This document shows positions 38,354 through 49,309 of a stretch of 64,000 bases of DNA, in pieces; the stretch's first letter is position 1, and each line of letters opens with the position of its first letter. The notes under the pieces are model-generated. The model worked only from the letters and a program-made list of their open reading frames with translations, searched no databases and was not told where the DNA came from. Source of the DNA: Pseudomonadota bacterium (GTDB lineage Bacteria > Pseudomonadota > Gammaproteobacteria > SURF-13); contig JBFLZV010000003.1 of assembly GCA_040756035.1 (NCBI GenBank), positions 11,970 through 75,969 of the forward strand. The letters run 5' to 3'. Made by a program: the position numbers and the translations under genes.

Positions 38354-39688
38354 CTAGTACTCCCACCTTACCACCCGCCCCGCCTCCCCGTCCGACGCCT
38401 GATAAGGCGCGCACACCCATAAATCCCCTACCATCGCCAGTTGATCGTTAATGTAAATCAGCGGCACGCGCGCGCGCCGCCAGGGTGGGATACCGCGCTC
38501 CTGGAATAATTTTTTTAATTCGTGCGTGTGCGCGCGGCCCGCGGGTTGGCAGCGTTCGCCGCCGTGACGGAAGCGCACGGTGATCGCGCCGTTGAGCAGA
38601 GATTCTTTGATGCCCGCGCCGTGCGTGCGCAGCGCTTCGAGCCGGCCCACGCCGGGCAGTTCCAGCGGCGCGCGCATGTCCCAGGGGATGATCCGGCGCG
38701 CGTCGTGCGGCGCGAGTTCCGGCATGGCGTACAGCGCGTCGCGGTAACGCCGCACCTCGGCGCCCGGCCAGTGCACGCGCGGCGTTTTGTCGCGGGCGGC
38801 GTCGATGACGTCGTGTAGGATGTGCTCGATATGCGCGGCGTTGGGCAGCGGCAGACTCAGCCTGTGTAACCAGTAACGTAACACGTTACGCTGGCGTGTT
38901 TCGTCCAGCGCGCGCAGCGCGGTAACGGATAAGGCATCGCACGCCGCGGTATGCGCAACGGTATGAAAATCGATGTCCGCCAGCGCATCCAAAAGCCGCG
39001 CCGCCTGCGCCGCGTGGGAGGCGGAACGCGCCAGCGTGCGCGCGGCGGCGGGCCAGCGCGCGCGCAGGCGCGGCATGATTTCGTGACGCAGATAATTGCG
39101 GTCGAATCCGGTATCGAAGTTGCTTTGATCATCGATCCACGTGAGACCTTGCTGCGTAGCGTAAGCATGCAGGTCGGCGCGCGTGAACTCCAACAACGGA
39201 CGCGCGTGCCAGCCGCGCGCGAACGGCGCGCGTTGCGGCATCGCGGCCAGGCCGCGCGGGCCGGCGCCGCGCAGTAATTGCAGCAACAGCGTTTCGGCCT
39301 GGTCGTCTTGGTGATGCGCGGTGAGCAGGCAATCGCCCTCTTGAATAAGCTCGGCGAGCGCCGCGTAACGCGCGCGCCGCGCGGCGTCTTCGGGGCTTTC
39401 GCCCGGCCGCGGCGCGGCGTGCACGGCCAGCACGGTGCAGGGAACGTGCAACGCCGCGCACGTCTCCACGCAGCGCTGCGACCACTGCTTGGACTGTGCT
39501 TGCAGTCCGTGATCGACGTGCACCGCGTGCAGCGCCATTGCGTTCCGCCGCAGCGCGGCCAAGGCATGGAGCAATACATGCGAATCCAAGCCGCCGCTGT
39601 AGGCGATCCAATAGCGCGCGGCCGCGGGGAGGTTAGACAGCGCGCGTAGCAAGCGCGCCGTGGAAGAATTATTCGTTGTAGCTTCCAA
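38354..39688 (-). CDS. tilS: tRNA(Ile)-lysidine synthetase
   Basis: PP-loop [13 protein letters not shown]; 444 aa. Confidence 0.9.
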   Translation of the reverse strand: MEATTNNSSTARLLRALSNLPAAARYWIAYSGGLDSHVLLHALAALRRNAMALHAVHVDHGLQAQSKQWSQRCVETCAALHVPCTVLAVHAAPRPGESPEDAARRARYAALAELIQEGDCLLTAHHQDDQAETLLLQLLRGAGPRGLAAMPQRAPFARGWHARPLLEFTRADLHAYATQQGLTWIDDQSNFDTGFDRNYLRHEIMPRLRARWPAAARTLARSASHAAQAARLLDALADIDFHTVAHTAACDALSVTALRALDETRQRNVLRYWLHRLSLPLPNAAHIEHILHDVIDAARDKTPRVHWPGAEVRRYRDALYAMPELAPHDARRIIPWDMRAPLELPGVGRLEALRTHGAGIKESLLNGAITVRFRHGGERCQPAGRAHTHELKKLFQERGIPPWRRARVPLIYINDQLAMVGDLWVCAPYQASDGEAGRVVRWEY

Positions 39689-40625
39689 AGCGCATCAGGC
39701 GCTCGTGCCGCATTGCCAACAACTTATCGAGCGGGAATTTGGCGAGGTGATCGAGATTTTCCAGCAGGGTTTCTTTCAGGCGTTGCGCCATGGCATCGAC
39801 ATTGCGGTGCGCGCCGCCAAGCGGCTCTTGCACGACTTGATCCACCAAGCCGAATTTGATGAGGCGGTCGGAAGTCACGCCCATGGCCTCCGCAGCCTCT
39901 TGCGCCTGATCGGCGCTCTTCCACAGGATCGACGCGCAGCCTTCCGGCGAAATCACCGAGTAGATGCTGTACTCCAGCATGATGATGCGGTCGCCCACGC
40001 CGATGGCGAGCGCGCCGCCGGAACCGCCCTCGCCGGTGATGGTGCAAACGATGGGCGTTTTCAAATCGGACATCACGAACAGATTGCGCGCGATGGCCTC
40101 GCTCTGGCCGCGCTCCTCGGCGTCGACGCCGGGATAGGCGCCGGGCGTATCGATGAAGGTGAGCACCGGCATTTTGAAGCGCTCCGCCATGCGCATGAGA
40201 CGCAGCGCCTTGCGGTAGCCTTCGGGGCGCGGCATACCGAAATTGCGCCGCACTTTTTCCTTGGTGTCCGAACCCTTTTGCGTACCGATCAGCATCACGG
40301 AACGCCCGTCGAGGCGCGCCACGCCGCCGATGATCGCGGCGTCGTCGGCGAAGTAACGGTCGCCGTGCAGCTCCTCGAAGTCGGTGAAGATGCGCTCCAC
40401 GTAGCGCGCCATGCCGGGACGCTGTGGATGGCGGGCTAACTGCGCGACTTGCCAGGCGCTGAGTTTAGCGAAGATGGATTCGGTGAGCGCCTTGCTCTTC
40501 GCCTCCAGGCGCGCGATTTCCTCGCTGACGTTGATCTCGTTGTCGTTACACACGTAACGCAACTCTTCGATTTTCGCTTCTAATTCGGCGATGGGTTGTT
40601 CGAAGTCGAGAAAATTCAGGTTCAT
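39669..40625 (-). CDS. accA: acetyl-CoA carboxylase carboxyltransferase alpha subunit
   Basis: [23 protein letters not shown]...; 318 aa. Confidence 0.95.
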   Translation of the reverse strand: MNLNFLDFEQPIAELEAKIEELRYVCNDNEINVSEEIARLEAKSKALTESIFAKLSAWQVAQLARHPQRPGMARYVERIFTDFEELHGDRYFADDAAIIGGVARLDGRSVMLIGTQKGSDTKEKVRRNFGMPRPEGYRKALRLMRMAERFKMPVLTFIDTPGAYPGVDAEERGQSEAIARNLFVMSDLKTPIVCTITGEGGSGGALAIGVGDRIIMLEYSIYSVISPEGCASILWKSADQAQEAAEAMGVTSDRLIKFGLVDQVVQEPLGGAHRNVDAMAQRLKETLLENLDHLAKFPLDKLLAMRHERLMRFGSYNE

Positions 40626-40673
40626 GATGGTTAAGATACAGGAGAAAGTGGGCAGAATTCAAGAAAAAACTAT

Positions 40674-40859
40674 CAACGCAAAGACGCCAAGACGCAAAGA
40701 GATCAAATCAAAAAATATCATTCTGAGCGCAGTGCAGAATCTCTTCTACCATATTGGGTAAGAGATTCTTCGGTCGCTGACACTTCCTCAGAATGACAAT
40801 ATTATAAGATGATTTAATCACCTTTGTTTTTTCTTTGCGTCTTGGCATCTTTGCGTTGG
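40674..40859. mobile_element. MITE-like element, family A (186 bp) with 26-bp terminal inverted repeats CAACGCAAAGACGCCAAGACGCAAAG and nested internal hairpins
   Basis: Left arm 40674-40699 equals the reverse complement of the right arm 40834-40859; internal IRs TCATTCTGAG/CTCAGAATGA and GAATCTCTT/AAGAGATTC; related copies elsewhere in the window. Confidence 0.7.
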
Positions 40860-40893
40860 GCTTTGTTTATTTCTGGTTATATTTTATGCAAAA

Positions 40894-43800
40894 CTAATAC
40901 ACAATCCGCACCCGCTCCTTGCCCGCCAAGTCCCGCAAACGCTGCAACAGCGCGTCGTTCAAACGCACGCGCCATTCCGGTCCGAGCGCCAGTTGCGCGC
41001 GCGCGTTGATTGCGCCGTTGGCGCGATAGTCGATCCACACCGGGCACGGGCCGTTGCGGTGCGGCGTGAGCGCCTCCGCCAGATCCGTTACGAAGCCGTT
41101 GCCGGCGCGCCCGGAGTCGACGTTGATGAGTAATCGCTTAGCGTACGCCGCGCGTGCCTGGTCGATGTCGTAGATACGCTCGGCGCTCATTTTGTAACCG
41201 CCGGAATAGTCATCGACGCTGACCGGGCCTTCCACCACCAGCAGCTTGTCCTTGACCAGCAAATCACGATAGCGCTGATACGCCTCGGCGAACACCGCGA
41301 TTTCGATGCGCGCGCTGCGATCGTCGAGCGTGAGAAACGCGATACGTTCGCCGCGCTTGCTGTGCATAGCGCGCAATGCCATCACTTGTCCGGCGATGAC
41401 CACGTTTTGATCCTGCGACGGTTTTAGTGCGGCGATGGGGCCGCTGGTAAATTCAGCCAGTTCCTCTTGGTAATGTGTAATGGGATGGCCGGTGAGGTAC
41501 AAACCCAGCGTCTCTTTTTCATGCGCCAGGCGCTGCGCCTCGTCCCATTCCTTGACGTGCGTGAAGTGCACCGGGGTTTGCGCATGCGCCGCCGCGCCGA
41601 ACATGTCGTTTTGGCCGACGGCGTGGTCGCGCGAATGTTGTTCGGCGAGCGTCAGCGCGGTGGGCAGCGACGCGAGCAGCGTGGCGCGTCCTGGTCCCAA
41701 CCCGTCCAACGCGCCGGCGCGGATCAGCGCCTCCAGCACGCGCCGGTTGGCCTTGCGCAGATCGATGCGCCGGCAAAAATCGAACAGATCGCGGAATGCG
41801 CCGTGCGCCTCGCGCTCGGCGACCATGCCTTCGAGCGCCGCCTGGCCTGCACCTTTGATCGCACCCAGGCCGTAGTGAATGGTTTTATCGTCCTTGACGG
41901 TGAAGGCGTAGGCGCAGGTGTTGATATCGGGCGGCAGCACGGTGAGCTGCATGGCGCGGCACTCGTCGATGAGCATGACGACCTTGTCGGTGTTGTCCAT
42001 GTCCGACGACAGTACCGCGGCCATGAACGCCGCCGGATAATGCGCCTTGAGATACGCGGTTTGATAGGCGATCAGCGCATACGCCACCGAGTGCGATTTA
42101 TTGAAGCCGTACTCGGCGAATTTCTCCATGAGATCGAAAATGGCGGTGGCGGTGCGTTCCGCCACGCCGCGCGCGCGCGCGCCCTCGATGAACACCGCGC
42201 GCTGCTTGGCCATCTCCTCGGGTTTTTTCTTGCCCATGGCGCGGCGCAGCAAATCCGCGCCGCCCAAGCTATAACCGGCCAACACCTGGGCGATCTGCAT
42301 GACCTGTTCCTGATAAACGATGACGCCGTAGGTCGGCTGCAAAATGGACGCGAGGTCTGGGTGCGGATAATTCACCTTGGCGCGCCCGTGCTTGCGCGCA
42401 ATGAAATCCTCCACCATGCCGGATTGCAGCGGGCCGGGGCGGAACAGCGCCACCAGCGCCACGATGTCCTCGAAGCAATCGGGTTGCAGGCGCTTGACCA
42501 AGTCGCGCATGCCGCGCGACTCGAGCTGGAAAATGGCTGTAGTGGAGCTGCTCTTCAATAAATCGAACGTGGCCGCATCGTCCGTGGGCAATTGCGTGAT
42601 GTCGAGCGTGACGCCGTTGCGCCTCAGCGTTTCCACCGCCCAATGAATGATGGTGAGCGTGCGCAGCCCCAGGAAATCGAACTTGACCAGCCCCACGGCC
42701 TCCACGTCGTCCTTGTCGAATTGCGTCACCACGCCGGTTGCGCCTTGCTCGCAATACAGCGGCGTGAAATCGGTGAGCTTGGACGGCGCGATCACCAGCC
42801 CGCCGGCGTGCTTGCCGGCGTTGCGTGTGATGCCCTCCAGCGAGCGCGCCAGGTCGATGAGCGCGCGCACCTCTTCTTCCTGCTCGTAACGGCTCTTGAG
42901 CAGCGGTTCCTGCTCCAGCGCCTTGTCCAGCGTCATGCCCAACTCGAAAGGCACGAGCTTAGCGATGCCGTCGACGAAGCCGTACGGCAAACCCAGCACG
43001 CGCCCCACATCGCGCACCACCGCCTTGGCGGCCATGCTGCCGTAGGTGATGATTTGCGAGACGCGCTCGCGCCCGTAGCGGTTCGCCACGTAGTCGATAA
43101 CCTCGTCGCGACGCTCCATGCAGAAATCGATGTCGAAGTCGGGCAACGACACGCGTTCGGGATTAAGAAAACGCTCGAACAGCAAGCCGTGATGAATCGG
43201 GTCGAGGTCGGTGATGCCGAGCGCGTACGCCACCAGCGAACCCGCGCCGGAACCGCGCCCCGGCCCCACCGGAATGCCCTGGTCTTTCGCCCATTGCACG
43301 AAATCGGCGACGATCAAAAAATACCCGGCGAAACCCATGTTGAGAATGACGTCGAGTTCGGCGTCCAGACGTTGCTCATATAACGGCTGTTGCGTTTGCC
43401 GCGCCGCAACATCCGGGAATAATTTTTCCAAGCGTTTTTGCAAACCCGTGTGCGCCTGCGCGCGGCAATAACCTTCCAGAGTTTGGCCTGCGGCCACCGG
43501 GAAATCCGGCAGATAATTTTGTCCGAGACGCAGTTGTAGATTGCAGCGGCGCGCGATCTCGACGGTGTTTTCCAGCGCCTCGGGCAGATCGGCGAACAGC
43601 TCCGCCATGTGCGTGGGGCTACGCAAATATTGCTGCTCACTATAGAGGCGCGGGCGGCGCGGATCGGCCAAGGTGCGACCTTCGTGGATGCATACACGCG
43701 CCTCGTGCGCCTCGAAGTCCTCCGGGTGCAGAAAGCGCACATCGTTATCGGCGACCACCGGCGTGTCGGTGGCCGCGGCCAGTTGCACCGCCGCATGCAG

Positions 43801-44355
43801 ATAGTCCTCTTCGCCGGGCCGCCCGGTACGCTGCACGCTCAGATAAAAACGCCCGGGAAAAAGATTTTTCCAATCACCCAGCCAACGCGCGGCCTGTTCG
43901 GTCTGGCCGGCCAGCAGCGCCTGTCCCACGTCGCCCGCGTGGCCGCCCGACAAAGCGATCAAGCCATCCGTCGCGCCGCTTAGCCACTCCTTGCGCACGC
44001 TCGGCACGCCGCGCTGCTGGCCTTCGATATAACTGCGCGACACCAGGCGCGTGAGATTACGGTAACCTTCTTCGTTCTGACACAACAGCACCAAGCGGCT
44101 CAACGGCTGCGCCTCGCCATTCCCCGGCTGGACCTTAGTCCCGGCTTGCACCCACAGCTCCACGCCGATGATCGGCTTGATACCCTGCTGCAAAGCGGCG
44201 CGGTAAAACTTCACCATGGCGAACAGATTGCACTGGTCGGTAACCGCCAGCGCCGGCATCCCCATACGCGCCGCCGCCTCGACCAGCGGCTCGATGCGCA
44301 CGATGCCGTCGACCAGGGAATACTCGGTGTGCAGGTGCAGGTGAACGAAACTCAT
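40894..44355 (-). CDS. dnaE: DNA polymerase III alpha subunit
   Basis: MSFVHLHLHTEYSLVDG (PHP domain)...; 1153 aa. Confidence 0.97.
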   Translation of the reverse strand: MSFVHLHLHTEYSLVDGIVRIEPLVEAAARMGMPALAVTDQCNLFAMVKFYRAALQQGIKPIIGVELWVQAGTKVQPGNGEAQPLSRLVLLCQNEEGYRNLTRLVSRSYIEGQQRGVPSVRKEWLSGATDGLIALSGGHAGDVGQALLAGQTEQAARWLGDWKNLFPGRFYLSVQRTGRPGEEDYLHAAVQLAAATDTPVVADNDVRFLHPEDFEAHEARVCIHEGRTLADPRRPRLYSEQQYLRSPTHMAELFADLPEALENTVEIARRCNLQLRLGQNYLPDFPVAAGQTLEGYCRAQAHTGLQKRLEKLFPDVAARQTQQPLYEQRLDAELDVILNMGFAGYFLIVADFVQWAKDQGIPVGPGRGSGAGSLVAYALGITDLDPIHHGLLFERFLNPERVSLPDFDIDFCMERRDEVIDYVANRYGRERVSQIITYGSMAAKAVVRDVGRVLGLPYGFVDGIAKLVPFELGMTLDKALEQEPLLKSRYEQEEEVRALIDLARSLEGITRNAGKHAGGLVIAPSKLTDFTPLYCEQGATGVVTQFDKDDVEAVGLVKFDFLGLRTLTIIHWAVETLRRNGVTLDITQLPTDDAATFDLLKSSSTTAIFQLESRGMRDLVKRLQPDCFEDIVALVALFRPGPLQSGMVEDFIARKHGRAKVNYPHPDLASILQPTYGVIVYQEQVMQIAQVLAGYSLGGADLLRRAMGKKKPEEMAKQRAVFIEGARARGVAERTATAIFDLMEKFAEYGFNKSHSVAYALIAYQTAYLKAHYPAAFMAAVLSSDMDNTDKVVMLIDECRAMQLTVLPPDINTCAYAFTVKDDKTIHYGLGAIKGAGQAALEGMVAEREAHGAFRDLFDFCRRIDLRKANRRVLEALIRAGALDGLGPGRATLLASLPTALTLAEQHSRDHAVGQNDMFGAAAHAQTPVHFTHVKEWDEAQRLAHEKETLGLYLTGHPITHYQEELAEFTSGPIAALKPSQDQNVVIAGQVMALRAMHSKRGERIAFLTLDDRSARIEIAVFAEAYQRYRDLLVKDKLLVVEGPVSVDDYSGGYKMSAERIYDIDQARAAYAKRLLINVDSGRAGNGFVTDLAEALTPHRNGPCPVWIDYRANGAINARAQLALGPEWRVRLNDALLQRLRDLAGKERVRIVY

Positions 44356-44409
44356 GGCGCTATTTTCACCCCAATCGGGCAGAGGTGGAAGAGGTTAATT
44401 TTGGAAAAA

Positions 44410-44536
44410 CCAACCGCCAAAAAGCCAAGATCACGAAGACTATGATTTTTAACGACCCCGTTTGATTTCGCGTTCACTCCGACTCTAAACGAAGAGAATG
44501 AAAATCTTCAAAATCTTGGCGTTCTTGGCGGTGTGG
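44410..44536. mobile_element. degenerate family A-like IR element overlapping the 3' end of rnhB
   Basis: Left CCAACCGCCAAAAAGCCAAGAT vs right ATCTTGGCGTTCTTGGCGGTGTGG (reverse-complementary). Confidence 0.45.
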
Positions 44537-45100
44537 TCTCTCCAAACAGCGCCGCACAGGCGCGAAGGAACGCCGATGGATAGGACATGCGCCCAACGCC
44601 TGCAAGGCGCGCAGGTGCGCGGGGGTGGAATAACCCTTGTGGCCGGCAAAGCCGTAGCCCGGATAAATACCATCCAACTCAATCATTTGCCGGTCGCGCG
44701 CCACCTTGGCGATGATCGACGCGGCGCTGATGGCCGGTACCGTCATGTCGCCCTTGACGATGGCCTGTGCCGGGCAATCGAGAACGGGACAGTGTAAACC
44801 GTCGATCAGCACGCGCCGCAGCGGCTGCGGCAAACCCAACACCGCGCGCCGCATGGCCAGCAGACTCGCCTGTAAAATATTAAGACTATCGATCTCTTCC
44901 ACCGATGCGACGCCCAGCGCCCAGGCCAACGCGCGGCCGCGGATCAAACCGTCCAGCGCCTCGCGCTGCGCGGCGCTGAGCAGCTTGGAATCGGCCAAGC
45001 CCTTGATGCGGCGGCGCGGATGTAAAATCACCGCGGCGGCATACACCGGCCCCGCCAGCGGCCCGCAGCCTACCGCATCTACCCCTGCTGTAAGATTCAT
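44474..45100 (-). CDS. rnhB: ribonuclease HII
   Basis: [26 protein letters not shown]...[10 protein letters not shown]...; start taken at the internal ATG 45100 (the upstream ORF extension is spurious). Confidence 0.9.
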   Translation of the reverse strand: MNLTAGVDAVGCGPLAGPVYAAAVILHPRRRIKGLADSKLLSAAQREALDGLIRGRALAWALGVASVEEIDSLNILQASLLAMRRAVLGLPQPLRRVLIDGLHCPVLDCPAQAIVKGDMTVPAISAASIIAKVARDRQMIELDGIYPGYGFAGHKGYSTPAHLRALQALGACPIHRRSFAPVRRCLERPHRQERQDFEDFHSLRLESE

Positions 45101-45128
45101 CGAATTATTCCGTATTAATAAAAACATC

Positions 45129-45239
45129 CAACGCAAAGACGCAAAGGCGCAAAGAAAACCTATTAAAATCGTAATGCACCACGCAGCTTGATCTGCATTA
45201 CTTATAAGACTTTGTATTCTTGGCGTCTTGGTGTTAGGT
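45129..45239. mobile_element. family A MITE-like copy between rnhB and lpxB
   Basis: Left CCAACGCAAAGACGCAAAGGCGCAAAG; right CTTGGCGTCTTGGTGTTAGG. Confidence 0.6.
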
Positions 45240-46391
45240 TTTCCAATTGCCAACCAACTCCACCACCGCCTGCGCCGCGCGCGCGCTGGCGTTCTGCGCC
45301 AGGGCATGGTGAATCGCGGCAAAATTTTCGCACAGCGTGTGCACGGTGTCCGGCTGCTCAAGGAAGCGCAGCAGCGCCGCGCCCAGATTTTCCGCGTTCA
45401 CGTCGTCCTGGCTGTATTCTTCCACGATACGCCGTCCGGCCAGCAAATTGGGCAGCGAATAATACGGCGTCTTGAGCAAGCGGCGCGCGATCTGCGCGGT
45501 GAGCCAGGCCATGCGGTAAGCCACCACCATGGGACGGTTGAGCAGCAGCGCCTCCAGCGTCGCCGTGCCGGACGCCGCCAGCACCGCGTCGGCGGCTTGC
45601 ATAGCCTCGTGCGCGCGGCCGTCCACCAGCGTTACAGGCACATGCGGCGCATGACGCGCTAGAGCATCTTCAAATAGCGCGCGCGTCGCCGGCGCCGCCT
45701 GCGGCGCGACGAAATGTAAACCGGGCCGGCGCGCCGCGCACCAAGCGGCGGTTTGCGCGAAGGGCTCCGCCAAATAGCGCAGCTCACTAACGCGGCTGCC
45801 GGGCAACAGTGCAATCACCTCGCCGTGCGCGGGCACACCGAGCCGCGCACGCGCCGCGGCCTTGTCTTCCTGCGCCGCCACGGGAATCATATCCGCCAGC
45901 GGATGCCCCACAAAGCGCACCGGCACGCGGTGTTTTTTTTGCGCCGCGTAAAACGCCGCCTCGAAAGGGAATAGCGTGAGCATCAAATCCACCGACGCGG
46001 CGATTTTTTTCACGCGGTACTGCCGCCACGCCCACACCGACGGGCTGACGTAGTGCACGGTAGGAATGCCCGCCGCCTTGAGCCTGCGCTCCAAACCTAA
46101 ATTGAAATCCGGAGCGTCGATGCCGATGAACACGTCGGGTGGATCGGCGAGAAAGTGTTGCAGCAACTGCGCGCGAATGCCGAGCAGTTCACGGTAATGC
46201 GCCAGCACCTCGACCAGGCCCATCACCGCGAGTTTTTCCATGGGAAACAGCGCGCGGCAGCCCTGCTCCACCATGCGCGGCCCGGCGATGCCCTCGAACG
46301 TCGCGCCCGGCGCGCGCTCCTTGAGCGCGCCGATGAGCCCGGCCCCCAGCAAATCTCCCGATGCTTCCCCTGCTACGATGCCGATGCGCAT
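45234..46391 (-). CDS. lpxB: lipid-A-disaccharide synthase
   Basis: [20 protein letters not shown]...; 385 aa. Confidence 0.95.
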   Translation of the reverse strand: MRIGIVAGEASGDLLGAGLIGALKERAPGATFEGIAGPRMVEQGCRALFPMEKLAVMGLVEVLAHYRELLGIRAQLLQHFLADPPDVFIGIDAPDFNLGLERRLKAAGIPTVHYVSPSVWAWRQYRVKKIAASVDLMLTLFPFEAAFYAAQKKHRVPVRFVGHPLADMIPVAAQEDKAAARARLGVPAHGEVIALLPGSRVSELRYLAEPFAQTAAWCAARRPGLHFVAPQAAPATRALFEDALARHAPHVPVTLVDGRAHEAMQAADAVLAASGTATLEALLLNRPMVVAYRMAWLTAQIARRLLKTPYYSLPNLLAGRRIVEEYSQDDVNAENLGAALLRFLEQPDTVHTLCENFAAIHHALAQNASARAAQAVVELVGNWKT

Positions 46392-46401
46392 TTAACAAAA
46401 T

Positions 46402-46486
46402 AGGGAAAAGGGGAAAGGGCAAAGAGAAAAGGGAAAAACAAAAACGAATTTATCCCCTTGCCCCTTTTCCCTTGTCCCTTTCCCCT
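46402..46486. repeat. GA-rich/CT-rich long imperfect hairpin (family C) filling the lpxA-lpxB spacer
   Basis: AGGGAAAAGGGGAAAGGGCAAAGAGAAAAGGGAAAAAC ... CCCCTTGCCCCTTTTCCCTTGTCCCTTTCCCCTT. Confidence 0.7.
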
Positions 46487-47257
46487 TCATCGCACAATCC
46501 CGCGCGTGACCTTTTGCAAAAAATTCACCAGCACGCCGACCTCGGCGTGGTCGTGCGCCAGCGCCTGGAGTTGTTCGATGGCCTGCGCCAGGGTGAGTTG
46601 CGATTTATAAATAATTTTGTAGGCGTCGCGCAGCGCGCGCAGCGCGTTGTTGTCGAGGCCGCGGCGCTTGAGTCCTTCGCTGTTGATGCCGTGCGGCTTG
46701 GCGGGGTGGCCGGAGATCATGACGTACGGCGGAACGTCCATGGAGATCACGCTGCCCATGCCGCAAAAACAGTGCGCGCCGATGGCGCAGAATTGGTGCA
46801 CCAGGGTGAATCCGCCCAGGATGGCGTAATCGCCCACCGTGACGTGGCCGGCGAGCGAAGCGGCGTTGGCGAAGATGGTTTGGTTGCCGATCTGGCAATC
46901 GTGCGCGATGTGCACGTAGGCCATGATCCAATTGTCGTCGCCGATGCGCGTGACGCCTTGGTCTTGCACGGTGCCGCGGTTGATGGTGCAGTATTCGCGG
47001 ATCACGTTGCGGTCGCCGATTTCCAAGCGCGTCGGTTCGCCCGCGTATTTTTTGTCCTGCGGCGCATCGCCGATGGAGGCGAATTGATAAATTTGATTGT
47101 CGCGGCCGATGCGCGTCGGCCCATTGATGACCACGTGCGGGCCGACGCGGGTACCTACGCCGATTTCCACGTCGGGGCCGATGATGGAAAACGCCCCGAC
47201 GCTTACCCCTTCGTGCAGCGTCGCGGCGGGATCGATAATGGCGCGCGGGTCGATCAA
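46487..47257 (-). CDS. lpxA: UDP-N-acetylglucosamine O-acyltransferase
   Basis: Hexapeptide repeats; MIDPRAIIDPAATL...; 256 aa. Confidence 0.95.
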   Translation of the reverse strand: MIDPRAIIDPAATLHEGVSVGAFSIIGPDVEIGVGTRVGPHVVINGPTRIGRDNQIYQFASIGDAPQDKKYAGEPTRLEIGDRNVIREYCTINRGTVQDQGVTRIGDDNWIMAYVHIAHDCQIGNQTIFANAASLAGHVTVGDYAILGGFTLVHQFCAIGAHCFCGMGSVISMDVPPYVMISGHPAKPHGINSEGLKRRGLDNNALRALRDAYKIIYKSQLTLAQAIEQLQALAHDHAEVGVLVNFLQKVTRGIVR

Positions 47258-47273
47258 GGCCGGATATCCTTGG

Positions 47274-47717
47274 TTAGATATCTTTGCGTGCGCACATGAG
47301 GTCGGCGCTGGCGACCAGCTTGTCCTGCACCTTGGCCTGCGCGGTGAATTTCCAGATGTCGCGCATACTGCGCGTCAATTCCACTTCGAGTATGAGTTGA
47401 TCGCCCGGCTCCACCGGCTGCTTGAAGCGCGCGTTGTCGATGCCGACGAAATAATACAGTACGTGCTCGGAGGGCCGCGTGCCGGTGGTCTGGAACGCCA
47501 GGATGCCGGTCGCCTGCGCTAAGGCCTCCAGGATCAGCACGCCCGGCATCACCGGGCGTTGTGGGAAGTGGCCTTGGAAATACGGTTCGTTGATGCTGAC
47601 GTTCTTCAGCGCGGTCAACGATTTGCCGGGAATGCATTCGATGACGCGGTCGATGAGCAAAAACGGATAGCGATGCGGCAGGTGCTTGAGCACCTCGTGA
47701 ATGTCTAGCGTGTTCAA
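47274..47717 (-). CDS. fabZ: 3-hydroxyacyl-ACP dehydratase
   Basis: [13 protein letters not shown]...[12 protein letters not shown]. Confidence 0.95.
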   Translation of the reverse strand: MNTLDIHEVLKHLPHRYPFLLIDRVIECIPGKSLTALKNVSINEPYFQGHFPQRPVMPGVLILEALAQATGILAFQTTGTRPSEHVLYYFVGIDNARFKQPVEPGDQLILEVELTRSMRDIWKFTAQAKVQDKLVASADLMCARKDI

Positions 47718-48742
47718 GATTTTTTTCCTTCGGCGATGCGTTTTTCTAATTCCTGGAGGCGGCGCGCCATGTCGTCCAAATGCCGGAAGCGCGCGAAATT
47801 TTTATTCCATACGGCGTTGGGCTGCGCGGGCGCGCCGGATGAATACACGCCGGATTCGGTGATGGATTTGCTCACCAACGTCATGCCGGTGATCTGCACA
47901 TCGTCGGCGATCTCCAGATGCCCGGCGATGCCCACACCGCCTCCGATCTGGCAGCGCTTACCGATTTTGGCGCTGCCGGCGATGCCCACGCAGCCGGCGA
48001 TGGCGGTGTGCGCGCCGATGCGCACGTTGTGCGCCACTTGTATTTGATTGTCCAGCTTTACGCCGTCTTCGATCACGGTGTCTTCCAGCGCGCCGCGGTC
48101 GATGGTGGTGTTGGCGCCGATCTCCACGTCGTCGCCGATCACCGCCCTGCCGAGCTGCGGAATCTTGAGCCACGCGCCTTGGTGCGGCGCTAATCCGAAA
48201 CCGTCGCTGCCGATCACCGCGCCGGGATGAATGAGCGCGCGTCGTCCGATGCGCGTGCCGTGGCAAATCGTGACGTGCGCCACCAGGCGGCTGTTCGCGC
48301 CGATCACGCTGTCACGCCCGATCACGCAGCCCGGCCCCACCGTGACGCCGGCGTCGATGCGCGCGCCCGCCTCGATGACGCAGTGCGGGCCGATGGACGC
48401 GGTGTCATGAATGATCGCGGCGGCGTCGACGTGCGCGCTGGCGTGCACGCCCGGTTCCGCATGCGGCAGCGGATGCAGCAGCGCCGCGGCGCGCGCGTAG
48501 GCAAGCGCGGGGTTGTCCACCACCCAGGGAATAACCGGGCACGCATCGCGCTCGGCGGCGGACAGGATCACCGCCGTGGCGCGCGTGGCGCCGAGGTATT
48601 TGCGGTAGCGCGCGTTGGCGAGAAAGCTCAGTTCGCCGGGTTGCGCGTTTTGCAGCGTGGCGACGCCGCTGATCAAACAATCGGCGTCGCCGTGCACAGC
48701 GCCGCCCACTTGTCGCGCCAACTCTCCCAGGCTCAGCGGCAC
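47714..48742 (-). CDS. lpxD: UDP-3-O-acylglucosamine N-acyltransferase
   Basis: 342 aa, hexapeptide repeats; overlaps fabZ by 4 nt. Confidence 0.95.
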   Translation of the reverse strand: MPLSLGELARQVGGAVHGDADCLISGVATLQNAQPGELSFLANARYRKYLGATRATAVILSAAERDACPVIPWVVDNPALAYARAAALLHPLPHAEPGVHASAHVDAAAIIHDTASIGPHCVIEAGARIDAGVTVGPGCVIGRDSVIGANSRLVAHVTICHGTRIGRRALIHPGAVIGSDGFGLAPHQGAWLKIPQLGRAVIGDDVEIGANTTIDRGALEDTVIEDGVKLDNQIQVAHNVRIGAHTAIAGCVGIAGSAKIGKRCQIGGGVGIAGHLEIADDVQITGMTLVSKSITESGVYSSGAPAQPNAVWNKNFARFRHLDDMARRLQELEKRIAEGKKS

Positions 48743-48751
48743 CGCTGTGTC

Positions 48752-49300
48752 TTAGGGTTTCGCCGGCGCGGCGGAATCGGCGGCGGGTTCGCTCTTGCCG
48801 CCCTTGAGACGCTCCAGCACCTTGTCGGTGATGTCCACGCGATCGCTGGCGTAAATAGCGCCGTCGCCCACGATCAAGTCATAGTTCTCCTGCTTGGCCA
48901 GCGCTACGATGGCTTCATAGACTAGCTTCTGCAGCTTGCCGAATTCTTCGTTGCGGCGGATATTGAAGTCTTCGCGGAATTCATCCTGGGCGCGCTTCAA
49001 ATCGCGCTTTTGCGTAAGCACGTCGCGCTCCGCCTTACGCCGCTCGCTTTCGCTCTGGATGGCGCCGTCTTTGGCGAGCTTATCCTCCAGGGACTTGATT
49101 TCCTTCTGCGTGGCGACCAGCGCTTTATCGCGCGGCGCGAACTCTTTCTCCAGCTTGCTGCGCGCGGCCTCGGCCTGCGGAGCTTCTTCGAGTATCTTGG
49201 CGGCGTTGACGAAGCCGAGCTTCATTTCCGCGGCGGACGCGCTGAACGTCGCGCCGAGCAGCGTGAAGCAGACTATGTATAAAATTTTCTTCAAGACCAT
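48752..49300 (-). CDS. skp: periplasmic chaperone Skp (OmpH)
   Basis: 182 aa, signal peptide, coiled-coil Lys/Glu-rich. Confidence 0.9.
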   Translation of the reverse strand: MVLKKILYIVCFTLLGATFSASAAEMKLGFVNAAKILEEAPQAEAARSKLEKEFAPRDKALVATQKEIKSLEDKLAKDGAIQSESERRKAERDVLTQKRDLKRAQDEFREDFNIRRNEEFGKLQKLVYEAIVALAKQENYDLIVGDGAIYASDRVDITDKVLERLKGGKSEPAADSAAPAKP

Positions 49301-49309
49301 CCTCCTACG

